This document shows, piece after piece, positions 24,270 to 37,200 of a DNA stretch of 64,000 nucleotides (position 1 is the first letter of the stretch; each line of letters starts with the position of its first letter). Source of the DNA: Xylographa opegraphella (taxonomy: Eukaryota); NCBI GenBank assembly GCA_022813865.1, contig JALDZX010000006.1, forward strand, positions 1 to 64,000. The letters are read 5' to 3'. The position numbers were made by a program, and so were the translations under genes. The notes below the pieces were generated by a model. The model searched no databases. It was not told the origin of the DNA and was given only the letters and a program-made list of their open reading frames with translations.

Positions 24270-24396
24270 AGAGCAAACTAGTAATTTAGCTTAGGCTTTA
24301 AAGCAGCTTAATGTAGCTCAGTTTAACTTGGGCTCTGGAGCAGCTCAGCTCAGCTCAAGGCAGTTGAGCTGAGCTGCTACGCCATTGGGAACACTG
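24270..24396 (-). mobile_element. Possible hAT-type terminal remnant with GAGCT subterminal repeats
   Basis: Minus strand starts CAGTGTTCCCAATGG at 24396 and is followed by repeated (G)AGCT units, including a 13-bp inverted pair (24346-24358 / 24364-24376). No partner end or transposase seen. Confidence 0.35.
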
Positions 24397-24445
24397 ATAA
24401 TTTGATCTGTCCACCAAGGTGGCAATTTTATCAATCGCTGTACCT

Positions 24446-25660
24446 TCAAAGCACTCTGCTGCCACATAATAATCGTGACTGTACTGCCGAGATTTCTGCT
24501 GCCGCTTCTTCGCCTTTAAGCTCTTTTACTTCGTTCCCAAATGCTTCCAGCTCAATCTCCCGCGGCGCTCCGCTTCCTATTTCTTTGATCTCAGTGTCAA
24601 TTGCAAGTTCTGGCTTTCTATATCTGGTCCATATAAGATTATGCAGAGTCTTCCGATTCCTTATGTCTATGACGCTTTCCATTTGGTGATGTTTGCGCAT
24701 TCTTCAGCGACTGAAAATCTACATTCCCCAAAACAAGGCCAACAGTGCGATAGCTCCACCCACTACTATACCCGCCACCGCAGTATATGAAGACGCTAGC
24801 TACTGAGTAGCCTAGGTAGTATTACTAGCGCTGGTGATGCTACCAGTCTGAGACTGACTCGCTATATCGTTTGAACTTGACCTACTAGTAGGATACGACG
24901 TAGAAGCTCCAGCTTTAGAAGCAGCAAGATCGGAAGTGGAGATAAAAGTCCCGAATAATGTACTGACCTTTTCGGTTGTTACGCTTCCCGTAGCAGCCTG
25001 ACTGATGTCGGTAGTGGTTGAGATGCTGTTCTGCTCGGCAGATTCTCGAAGAGTAGTGCTTGTCGTAAAAGTAAATAGATAGGAGTTTGAGCTTGTGGAC
25101 AAAGCTTCTGCTATTTGTAGTATGTTCGCTGGCGTTGGCGTTATGGTTATAGTTGAAGTAATACCACCAATCCCTGTATACTGCGCTGTCTTATTTCCAC
25201 ACACATAAGTTTGGTGGCAATCTTGTTCCTCGGCTTGCTCGCAGTCGCCAAGACATTCATTACATATAAAATATGGAATCGTATTCGCATATATACTAAG
25301 GTCAGGCGTTAAGCCACTTGCACCGATACAGGAATATAATAAACTGGACTAAAACACACTAGGTATTAGTTCCTCTAGATACCATATTTCGCTAGCGTCA
25401 AACTTACACCACTACACGAATTTTCAACAGAGGCCCCGCCGTAGAGAATATCGCAGACATTGTTTTGGGCTGTGCACCATGCATCTAAACATCATGAGTA
25501 ATAGTGATTGACGATAATGTCGAGGCTTTAGGGCCTTTGTACTCAATGTAGTTAAGGGGGTGATTGAGATGAGCTGATCAACGCTGCAGGACAGGGTCAT
25601 CGCGCTGCGAATAATGCTGTGTAAGATTATACTGAATAGAGGTGATAGACGCCATGTCAT
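24446..25660 (-). pseudogene. Decayed Ser/Thr-rich single-pass membrane (Mid2/WSC-like) protein
   Basis: Signal-peptide-like start, Cys-containing segment and long S/T tract, then TT*ATQ*LASSYTAVAGIVVGGAIALLALF (two in-frame TAG before the TM helix) and a cytoplasmic tail with ELE motifs. TpA-rich. Confidence 0.55.
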
Positions 25661-26630
25661 CTTAAATTATGGTGCCTTGTTTTTAACAAAGCTTCGGTAT
25701 GATCACAATTTCATGTTACCGTAATAATAGGAATGATGACAATCTTATTGAGAAAGCTAGTCTCAGGGGGCTTAGATTATAAGAGAGTGCTGCTTTGCGC
25801 CTGTATGTGCCCATGCGCAGCGTGAAACCGGAACAGAAGCTTTATTGGCGATGCATTACCGACGACATACTAAGAAGAGAAGGCAAGTAACACTAACGTA
25901 TGTACAGGAAAAGAAACTGTACATCTTCTTGGATGGCCGCTCAATCATTGTTCAGAATAAAAGAGCTTGAAAATATGAATAGAAGCCATTTCATCCCAAC
26001 GGCTCGTTCCAGGAGAAGTTGAGAAAATCAAGCACTAAACACTTTTCGAACTCTCTAAAGTGTGTATCATCGGTGGGAACTGACGGCTCTTACCAACAAG
26101 AGAAAGGGACAAGGTGCAGATATGCACCCTTTTGCGACTGAAAGATGCACTGAAAGCCGCACAAACCACGGAGAGAGCATCCCCTATGAGGCTGCGCTGA
26201 GGCCAGGACCAGGAACCTTCTGCTCCTGTACCTTTAATCAAGGTAGTTATGCACTCTGGCTGCACGAGGCCTCTCTTGCAAACGTTGTTTGGCAGGAGGG
26301 CGGTAAGGTGTAAGGTATGCATACAGGATGATAATTTGGATTGCGGCTACGCCACACTCTATGTGCAGGAAGTAGTAGAGAACAGTTGTTTGAGATCCAT
26401 CAAGCGCGAAAGTCTGGGGAACTATCTAGAATATTTCTATGCCCAAATTTATGATAAAGAAGCACAGATTGACAATTTCAACGATAATAGAGTAGACTAT
26501 TCTGTATATACTCCGTACCTAGGATAAGAAAAGCGTTGGACGCATGCGTTACTTTGGTCACGCTAAGGACCAAGCTGGGCCAAATTTACCACACTTGAAT
26601 CAGCTCGTTCGTCCTTATCGACTTCATCTC

Positions 26631-28726
26631 ATGGCTGCTGCCTCGGAAGATTTGTTGGATCTCGAACGCCAACGTAAGCAGCTTGAAGATTCTGTGGTTC
26701 GCCTTCGCAAGTCCCTTCAACACTGGCGGACATGGGAGGCAGAATATGAAGGACTGAAAGAGGAAATACTGGGCATTGGAAACGACCCTCCGATACAGAA
26801 TCTAGTAACTATTCTTATCGATCTTACCACATAGTAGGGTTATTCTGATGAATATCTAGAACCATGTGGGCGCTGACTTTGGGGGAGAACTCTTGACAGA
26901 GGCTGGTGAGTCAAAAATTTTCTCGAGTCTTGCTGTTGAGAACTACGGGAGCTAAGATGCTCTAGAGATCAAACGACTATTTGAAAGCACAGGAGGGCAA
27001 CAGCGTAGTGCTGCTCAGGTATTAAGCCTGCTCTCGAGGCGGGTGGACTGTAAAGTGCCGTCTCCGCTGTATGGCCTATCTGCTCACTCGTGTAGATGTT
27101 CAGGATAATGTCAAAAGTATCATCAAGCAACTTAAGGCAGCCGAGGACAAACTCTACGCGATCGAGGTTTTGATTCATCCTGAGGAGCGAAGTGACGAGG
27201 GTTTACCACTAACGGAGATCATCGAGGAACTTGATGAAGATGGCAATGTCATCGGTCCGTGGCAGCACTGATGTAGTATTAATTATGTGACTGATAATTT
27301 TCTAGCAAGCTCGGTTTTGACACCTAAAGAATCATCCAAGCAAGTCGTAGAGGCTTTACGAAATGCTGGGGTAAAGAATCTCCCTATTCCAAAGCAGTCA
27401 GAGGTAGTCAACCCATCCTTACCAGGGGAATCTGCCGTACAGAGCTCAAATAAACCTCCTGACGCAGACTTGGAGTCAAGAGGAACCGAAACATCCACCG
27501 AGGGAAACGACAATTGGAAATCGAAATCAGCGGATTCAATCCGAAAGCCGGTAGAAACTTTAACATCGCAAGGTAAGAAAGTTGTCTCGTTTGCTCAAGA
27601 TGTTAAGGTGGACGTCCTGGAAAAGCCAACTAGCAGTCATTTGACCACGAGCGAACAAACATCTCCTAAAAGCCACGATGCATCTATACCCAAGGATGCT
27701 ATACCCCATACAGCAGAAATTGTGCCTGATACCCAGGAGGCAGACGGGTACCATGGCGGTCTGTCAACTGAGTCTCCCGAAGACGCTGCTCTGCGGCGAC
27801 AGATGCTTCAATACAGTATGAACGAGGTCGGAGCTATCGTTGCTGAAATGGACCTCGAGGAAAGTGATAGCATGACGGACTATTCTGAAGAAGCTGACGA
27901 GGAACTCGGAAGTGAGACTGATGAAGAAGAAGATCAATATGGCCGAACAATAAGGCGTGTAATATCGGACGACTATAGAAAGCAGATGCTAGAGCTCGAA
28001 CGCAAGCTCAACGCTCAGATGCTGGAAAACGTTGGCCCTAACCCTGATATCCCTACTCTTCAGGATTTTTCGCGTGGCAACGAAAGTGTGGAAGCAAACT
28101 CTGAGCAACAACTTTCAAGCGGGACAGAACCAAACACCACCAAACCTAAGAAAGGTGTACGCTTTGCCGAGAGCTTAGACATCTCAGAAGGACCACCACA
28201 AATTGCAAACAGCCAAACCCTCAAAAACACATCGAGTGCCTCAACGCCCATAGCAGACCTCATCATCGAGCGCACACCCTCCGACACGGCAGAAGCAAGC
28301 ACCACGATCCCAAAGAAACGGCAATCCAAGTTCAAAACCACCCAGGAAAACAAAAACTCCAAGCCCGCCAACCAGAACAACCCCATGAACAACTCTCTCT
28401 CCAACGCAAGCAGCGTCGCCCATCCCCCCAAGTCCTCACAGCGTCCACTCCCCACCGGCCCACTCGGTCTCACCCTCGCCGCCACCCTCGTCGAGCGCCC
28501 CTCCGCACCCTCCCCCTCTGCAGCCCCGCCGCCCGACGAACTCGACCCAGCGCTCATGCAGCAATCCCTCACAACCGAGTACCACCGCATGCGCAACCGG
28601 ATGATCCAGCGCAGCGGGGGTTTCCTCGCCCACGATGACGAGGAGCCCGCCTCTTCCCCGCTCGAAGACCCCTCCCAGCCGGTGGGCAAGCGGGTGAGCT
28701 TGTTCAAACGCGCAAGGCTCGGGTAA
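26631..28726 (+). CDS. URI/Bud27-like unconventional prefoldin (prefoldin + DUF3835-like C-terminus), multi-exon
   Basis: LRKSLQHWRTWEAEYEGLKEEI, EGLPLTEIIEELDEDGNV, ESPEDAALRRQMLQYSMNEVGAIVAEM, KKGVRFA, EYHRMRNRMIQRSGGF, KRVSLFK. Confidence 0.8.
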
Positions 28727-29645
28727 ACAAGTAAGTAACTCAAGTACGTTGGTAGGTAGATAACCCACCAAAAATAAAAAATAAAAAGCTTTCACACATC
28801 CAATACTCCCATTCCGCACCACCCCTACCCGCGTGTCCTAACCCCCGGTCCTATCCACACTCCTCTGCCATCCCCATCTTCGCTATAGATGTGATATCTG
28901 CAAGGAACACAGCGCGCCGCCCTCCCGGGCTCCCTGAGCGGCGGCACCTCCCCACCCGCCTGCTCTGCCACACGCGCGCGACGCGCCTTTCGGGGCCGGG
29001 TTTTCCGAGATCGAACCACAGAGGGCTCTCTGAAGCCGCGCCCGGTTTTCGTGTCAAGGCGCGGCTATTCGTTTCACCCTCTACATGTGGGGTTGTTTTG
29101 GTCGTTGTTTGTCTGTGGGCTATTGGCTTTCGGGGGGGGGGGGGGCCTGGGGTGTAATGTGTGTGTGTGTGAATGAGGAGGGTGCGTTGAAGAGTAGGGA
29201 GGGCGGTATCTTGGAGAGTGTCTCGTCCGTGTAACTGCTGCTCTTGCTTTCTGACAGGAAGTGAGGTTTGGAGGTCGTGGTTGCGTGGTCTGGGAGGTAA
29301 GATTTTGGTGATTTGAATGGACTGGCGTAGGGGGTGGGTGAGGTTCACATGGATACGTGCATTGTTTACGTGTGATGATCTTTTCGACATGCAACATGGT
29401 TATCAGGCGTAAATGAATTTTCCTATATTCCGCTTATGTGATATGAGGCGGTGACGCGCACCACGTATGTGGAGCTTCTCAGGGGCCCATAAAGCTTGCT
29501 CAAGCACATCCCCCATCGCCTCATAATATGTACAGCCGGTGCCTGTACGCAAACCCGCGCCCGCAACGCTATGCCGCTCCAGATCGCCCCCGATATATCA
29601 TCCAATCATGACACATACACACATCCACGCCGCCAGCCACGACAC

Positions 29646-31865
29646 CTACCGCCCGCCTTGCCCCTCGTCCTTCTCGCCCTCCAACCAAATCTCATGCCCA
29701 TCACCCTCAAACACCCAGCCGCTCGCTACCCACCCCACCATAGCCATACCAGCCAACCCCCACCACACGCCGCCGACAACGCCCTTCTGCAAGCCGACGC
29801 CGAACAGCCAGCCGCCAAGGACGGGCCCGAGGGTGCGGCTGGCGCTGCTGACGCTCTGGCCGATGCCGTGGACGGTGCCGAGCACGCTGGGGTGGGGGCT
29901 GCAGTTGTTTACGAGGATGGTGTTGGCGGGCAGGGCGAAGGTGCGGGCGAGGACCTGGATGAAGAGCACGGCGCCGAGGGCGAGCCAGAGGAGGGGGCCG
30001 GAGGCCGGTCCGGGTGGCGGGGAGGAGGAGGGCACGATGGCGAGGTAGGGGGCCAGGGAGTAGGTGAGCGGGAAGAGGCAGAGGAAGGTGCGGTAGGAGC
30101 GGAGGGTGCCGAGGAGGGCGTTGACGCGCGGGTAGACGGCGAGCTGCAGGGTGATGCCGATGAGGCCGAGGACGGCCATGGCGAAGCCGACGGTGCGGGG
30201 GGGCATGCCGAGGCCGCCGGTGAAGGAGAAGGCTGTGGTTTTGGAGGTTAGTGATGGTAATAATGGGCTGGGTGAGGGGTGGGGCTGGGAGGGTGACATA
30301 CGTAGTGATTGTTGGGTGTGCGAAGGGGGAAAGGGGGCCGCGGGGTCGAAACGGGGGGTGGAGAGGAAGATGAACCAGAGGTTGTTGAAGGTGCCGATGT
30401 GGAAGGCGAGGAGGAAGTGCGAGAGGAGAGTGAAGAGCACGTTGCTAGTGAAGATGCGTCTGAACGGTAGTTTTTGCCTGGAGCGCCGCGCTACCGAGAG
30501 GGGCGTCAGGGGCGTGGCTGGTGCGATGGGTGTGGTAGGTGTGCGGTTTTCGAGGTCATAGCTCTCAGTGCCCGGGGTGTCGATGTCCTGGTCGTGAACG
30601 GCCGTGTACTGCGGGTTGCGGCGCTTGAAAACGCGGCGGAGGAGGGCGCTGATGGAGTGCGCGATGCGGAGGCCAAGGTCAGGTTTGTCACGAAGTGACT
30701 CGAGCGTCTGGTCTGCGTTAGCATAGAACCTCGGTGTTGTGTAGTGGTGAAAGCATTTACTTCTTCTAGGCCGAAAAATACACCTGCTGCGGCGCTGAAG
30801 AGGAACATTGCGCTGACGAGATTGGGAAGAGCATACGGCCAATGCTTCATCCACCAAACACCATCCTTGCCACCGAAGAAAGAGTTGTCGCCAAACACGG
30901 AAGGATAGCTTCCCACAGGATCCGCGAGAAGTCCTCCACAGATTGGGCCAACGATAACGCCAATGTTGAAACACATTGGGAGTAGCAAGAAGGCACGAGA
31001 CTGGTACCTGCATGATTCGATTAACAACGTAGAAAGAAATGGATCACAATATCCTTCACTTTTTCTCCTTGATAATCTCCGACACCATCGTCCGGATCAC
31101 GCCAACATTCCCATTCAGGATCCCACCCACAAAGCGGAATATAGCCGCCTGGAGGAACGATCTTGAGAATCCAAATCCGATGGCCGAGACACAAGTTCCA
31201 AACAGCCCCATCAACAGCACTCTCTTCCGCCCTCCCCAATCGGCATCCGCAGCTCTTCCCCACAACATCGCCGTCAAGAACTGTGCGCCGGTGAAGCAGC
31301 CCTGCAAGATTCCAGCTTGCGCGGAAATGGTCGACGCCGGCAGCGAGGGGTCGAAGGATCGGAGCTGGTAAAACATATATGCCTGCAGCGAAGTCTGCGT
31401 GATTGGTTCCGACAACCTCGCCATTGTCAAGATGAAAAGCTGCCGCTTCTGAGGAAGATCACGCCAGGAGACTGGTCCGGTCTTCTTGGGCGGCGGAGGA
31501 GTTGATTTCGGTTCTTCGCCATCTGCATCGGAGGGACGTCGGCCAAGGCTCGATACTCGAGGGACGAAAGCTAGGGATTTAGGCCGTCGTCGTTTCTGTT
31601 TCAACAGAGCCTCATGCTGTCGGAGTAACGAAGCTGGATCGTCGTCCTCGGAGCCTTTGGCCTTGCTCTTAGGCTTTTCCTTTGGCCTTTCCTTTGACTC
31701 GTCCTCTAGCTTGTCTTCGAATGCAACATGCTTTTTCAGTCGCCGTGAGCCCGCCGCCTCGGCTGCAGCCTCCCACTGGCGGACATTGACCTCTTCCATT
31801 GAGTTGAGCATGGTGGCGCTGCTGTTCTCTGACTTGGGCTTCAGACTCGACGATGGCAGCGGCAT
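29646..31865 (-). CDS. MFS transporter (YCR023C/ZIFL-like), multi-exon
   Basis: VSWRDLP.KRQL..L..ARLSEP, WGRAAD...GRK, NGNVGVIRTMVSEI, YQSRAFLLLP, LGTVHGIGQSVSS..RT.GP. Confidence 0.9.
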
Positions 31866-32463
31866 TATCCGGGCTCCGGCCTCCGGGAAAGCAAGCTAGT
31901 GCCGATAAGGCTTATCGTGAAAGATTCTTGGCGGGGTTGTTGTGGAATACGTCAGCGGGGAAGAAAGGCAGTCCAGCAAGGCAAACATAGAGTACGAAGC
32001 AGTTTCAATACAACAGCAGGATGCAGTGAAACGATTGAGACGCTGGGCGTAAAACTCCGCCTTATCCCCAAACTCTAAAGTCGTCGTAGCACAGATTCCG
32101 CGAGTGGATCAACCGCGTTGCCGAGAACGATCAACTAACTACCTCAGCTAATGGACTCTCCTCAAGCAGGCAGGCACTCTACCAGTTTGTCCGGCGGGAC
32201 TAGCACGATTCGACCACCAGATTCCACGAATGGCATCATTTCTTTTCGTAAAGATTTTGCATTACTGGTGTCTTTCATATCCTATTACTTAAAGCTAACC
32301 AGAAACCGTTATGCAGAGCGTCCTCATACTGCCTTTTTGGAGAACCCGAGAGGAAATACCATTCGACACAGCACGTTCTATCAGTCCAACAGCTGTCATT
32401 CAAAGCTACAGTCATTGGCGGTCGTGAGATGCCTGACCAGAGCCGGGTGAGCCGATTGGTCCC

Positions 32464-33587
32464 TCACAAGGCTTTGATCCTCTGCCCACCCTCCCAGGTG
32501 TCGCCGCCTTCCAGGGTCATCCACTGACCGACACTTCCGGCTTCGACGCAGACCATGCTCTTCCATCCGTCGGCTGGTCCAAAGTCGGCCATGCCCTTCG
32601 CCTTCTCCGCCCACGGATTCCAGACTACCACATCGCCAAGGGCATCGCGTTTCACTTCGAATCGTGGCTTATCGCTTTCGAGGACGGTGATGGTCTTGTC
32701 AGATTTTGTGTAGACACGATCTGTCTCTTGTTCGAAGGTGATGGCCTTCTGTGTAGCCGAGCTCTGTTTAGGACCTCCAGCTACCACCTTGTCCAAGAAC
32801 GCCGTCTCCTCCAGGCCAGTGACCGAAACTTTGGAAATGTCCTATTCCCAGAGTTAGCAGAAGACATCCCGTACATTGAACTGTCGGAGTTTCGATGGTT
32901 GGAATAACTGACAATGATCTTCAAGTATGTATGGAAGAGAACCTGGAAGTCCCAGGCACTGCTTTCCGTATTGCTCACTGCCAGACTCGTGTACAGTTCT
33001 CCGGTGCTCAAGGTGATAGAGTACGTGAGACCGAATTGATGGTTCCACGCCGAGCGTGCCTTACTATCAATGATACCCTCTGAGAGTCCGAAATCAAGCT
33101 TCACAGATGCATCGCCGCCATTGCCTGGAAGTGAGGACGATTCGGATGACGACTTGCCAAGATACTCCCATCGGGAGCTACGCGCAAATCCATGTTGAGG
33201 GAGCTTTCCGGTCTCGTGGCTGGCCGTGGGAGCGCCGAACAGCTACAGTGATGATGATTAGTGAGAACTAAGGAGACGAATGGCTTCGCTATATGATTGG
33301 TGTTTGGGAAAGAGGCACAACCAGATACCCACCGGGAAGACAACCGGAATCCCGCCTCGTACGGGTTTAGAGCCATCCAAGTGAGCTTTGTCACTCAGAA
33401 ACAGATTTTCTTTACCGTTAGCAGACTTCCAAGAGATCACGGTAGCGCCATAGAGCAGGACTTCGACCCGATCCCCCGTGGGCAGGGTCGCAATGACGCG
33501 CGAGTTATCATCAGAGATAGAGACTTGAGGAGCGGGTGCGAGCGGTGAGACCGGAATAGCGGACGGCTTCTTTGTGCGTTCGACCAT
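32464..33587 (-). CDS. D-hexose-6-phosphate mutarotase (glucose-6-phosphate 1-epimerase), 3 exons
   Basis: GATVISWK, KPVRGGIPVVFP, LPQHGFAR, LFHTY, ETDRVY, VVWNPW, MVCVEAG. Confidence 0.92.
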
Positions 33588-34251
33588 CTTTCACTTGACC
33601 TTTGCAGACTGGATGGATTGGGAATTGAATGTAGAAAAGGAACACTGGGAATTGAAAAGGGAGCAGTGTGTGACAGCAGATGTGGACGAAATAGCTGCAG
33701 CTAGGTGGAAAGAAGAAGGCGGAGGAGAGGCTCTGGGAAAGGGCGGTGATAGTTATGTAGCAAAGGTGGGATGGGCAGCAAGCGGGAGCCTTCAAGTGGG
33801 GTGTACCGGACGGAGCTTATTATCTGAAACGTAGCGCCGGTGCAGGGGGTCAGCCACTAAGAACGTGGACCAGCTGCGCGGGACCGGCATGGGATGGCCC
33901 CGGCCAACAAACACATCGACGTCAGCGGATTCACCAACAGCCCGAGCAGTTGCTCCTCTTCGACACATGCGACAACGTGCAACAGTCTCATCATGCCATT
34001 CCGTGCTTCATCTGAAAACACATTCTCGCTGCAGGTGCCGCTGAAACGCTCGGTGAAACAAGAAGAATACTCTGACGTGCCAACGAGAGGGACTCCACCA
34101 GCCAACAGAAACGATGTCCGGCGCTCAGGTGACATGACGACCCTCCGATACTCCCTCGTCTGGTCTCACAAAAACCGTGCGCGCTGAGAAGCAGCTGAGA
34201 CTTTTGCAACGACGCAATCCATCAATATGCTGCACACTGGCGGTAGCACCT

Positions 34252-37200
34252 CTACGTTGCACCCCGTCGTTCCGCATCTTGCAACTCTCTCCCGAGATCC
34301 ATCCACGCTGATATGACCTCACGGCCTTCTGCGGGTTGTAGCACCGCTTCCCTTGCTTCTACCAGCATCATTCTCAATTTCTCAAGGATGCCTGCTGCGC
34401 TCGCTTGCCCTCCTTCCAAGCCCACAGATGTCTTGGCCGGCTCGTTGGAAGTGTCCGCACCATGACTGGATTCTCCGAGAAGCACCTTAGCGCTAGGCTT
34501 CATATGCTGAGAAGAATGCAAAGATAGATGTGTCCCTGCATCCTGAGACGAACTGGGCGACGAGCCTCCAAGAACTGCCATGGATTCTGCTACTTCAATT
34601 TCGGATTCTCTGCCTATCAGATCGTTCCTGCTAGCATACCCAGCCAATTCTGGTTGCGCTCCGACATGAACGGCGCTGTATGAAGCCAGGGTCACTGTTA
34701 CTTGATCAGGTTGATAGTGCTTCTCTGTTGTATCAGTGCTCGTCAATTGCACCGGCTGCGTTGAAACAACAAATCCAGGTTGGTTCGGCGAACATGAAGC
34801 AGACCCCGGAACATCGAATCCGGAGGATCTGCGGCCTGACTCCTCTTCTACACTGGGCCGTTTTTCCGACATTTTTGGTATGCTCTCGATCTCGATTGAC
34901 GAAGTGGTTAACTCTTCAGGCTCATGTAGGGTAGCTGCATCTCGAACGGTCTTGCGTGGTCTGCTTTGTTTCTTGAGGGTGACATGTTTGCCGACACGAT
35001 ACCGACCACGAGTGACTGGTGGGTGGGTAGCTCGACCAGACTCATCCCCTGTATCTGCTTCTGATAGTATAACAGGCGAAGATACCACAATGCATTCGAG
35101 GATCTCCTCTTCTGTAGGAGCCTGGGCCTGTTTCATATTGTCAATCTCAGCTGATCCACTAAGCCTGGGCGAACATCTCCTTTTCGTGTTTGGCTCAGGG
35201 CTCATGGACAGCCACTTCCTTTTCGCACCGGTGGCCTGTGCTCGTGTGTCCAAAGGCGAAGAGGCCTTCGAGCTTTCTGCAGCTTGTGAAAGTGCCCTTT
35301 CCATATCATTTGCGATCTGGGCGGACACCTCGTCATCAGAATCTACTGAGATGTCATGATATTTGCTCTCGATCATATTTTCTGGAGCATTGCTGAACAA
35401 TACTGATATTTGAGCGATTGTATCTGTTGATATACCACTTTGCAGAGTGGGCTTGTTCTCCTGCGCTCTGTTCGGCAACGGGCTTTGTTGTCGAACTTCT
35501 GTAGCATCCTGCTCACTAGCATTTGTAGAACAGTCCTTCGACTTCTGGAAGCCTGTAGAAGTCGGACCATCGTCTATCTTTGCATTAGGAGACTCGAGTA
35601 CGTGTTCGTGTAGAAAGTTCGTGGCACGTCTAGGGTGTTGAGTATCAGACTCAAGCTCAGAGAGATATGCGCTGCCACTCTTTTCGTCCCCTGGTCTGGG
35701 TATCGCTTGAGGATCTATGGTTGGGTCAATCAGTATCTCGTCTACTATGTCTTGGAAATATCTCGAGGGTGATAGTAGTTTCTTCTCCACAGCCCCGTGG
35801 TCTTCAAAAGGTGGAGGCGAAGAAGGAGGCCCGTCTTGGTGGAAGAATCTACTCGAACGTTTTGCGCTTGAAGAAGGCGTTGGAGTCGAATCCAGGAATG
35901 TATTACTTATGTCATTTGGTAGTGGCAGAGTTGGAGACACGATTTCATCCACTCGATCGTGACTTCTTATGTCCCTAGCCAAACCCAAGTGCAGCCGTGG
36001 TGGCTTTGTCGCACAATCGCGAGATTTTCGCCGCGAACTCGATCGAATGTCTGGAAACATTGCAGCAGCTTCTTGGTGCTGTCTCTTATTAACCTCCCTC
36101 TGCCTCTCAGTCAAAAATTGTGACTCCATCGCTTCTGAACACGACGGCGACGATTCGATAGCAGCGAATTGGATCTGAGAGTCATTATGACGCAGACGTG
36201 CTATTGGACTCCTTGCCGTATAACCTTTCCGTGGCGATGGTGTGGAAGTACAATTGGCAACGTTAGAAGGTGGTTCTGGCCCAGCTTCAATGGTTTCTAC
36301 ACGGTATTCAATAGATTCGCTTGGTGACTCCCTAATGAGGCCTTGACTGCGACTGTTGTCAGGTGCTAGATTTTGCTCCAATGCTTCAGGAGTTTCAATA
36401 AAGTCAAATGGTGTTGAATCGTGCTGTACAGAGTCAGTTGTAATCGAAATGGATTTCGCAGAGAAATGTACATACTCCAAAACACTCATCGTTATCGATA
36501 AATAGACATGGTGCTGAGATCTCCGTCGCTCGACTCAAGCGCCGAAGGGTTACAGCTATGACTGACGGATATTCTAAATCTATTGTGAGACCGAAAGTGG
36601 TGTTCCATAAGTTGATCGTCAGGTTGACGACTGCTTTGTGCCTACTAGATAGACCCGCATCAATTAAGGGTGCGAGAAGAAGCAGTAAGTTTGTATCGAA
36701 TTTAGGAAGATTACTGATCAGTTGGGATATGGTGGTCCACGTTTGCACGACCTTGCGCAAAGCGTTAGTTGGAGCCGAGAGAACAGATCCAGATACTTAC
36801 GGCAGAAAACAACAATTGATATGATCGATCCTCGTTGTTCATATGTCCCTCGGTATCTTTGATCCAGTAAGCCACGCCATTCTGCATTCGCTTGAGTAGT
36901 ACCGCTGATGCCGATGGTGGGCAGGAACCAATGAAGGAGCTTATAGCTTGGAATAGATTATTGTTATCTCCAAATTCCTCTACACTAGACGATGTATAGA
37001 GTGTACAAAGCACATCGTCGAGTAGCGCGAACAGACCTTCGAATAGACCATTGGTAGATGATCTTATAAGTCCTGAATTGGGTCCCCATAATGTTCGCTG
37101 GGCACGCTCTAGATCCTTGCGTGATTCCGGCCAACCTGCGTTTCTGACAAGGACTATGATCTGTTGAATTGTTTTTTGATCATAAGATTTGCCTGGGTCC

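Noticed and set aside
29496..30561. Long + strand ORFs opposite the MFS gene (also 43128-43655, 50143-50883, 60040-60671)
   Set aside because: Antisense shadows of GC3-rich real genes, low complexity, no recognisable motifs.
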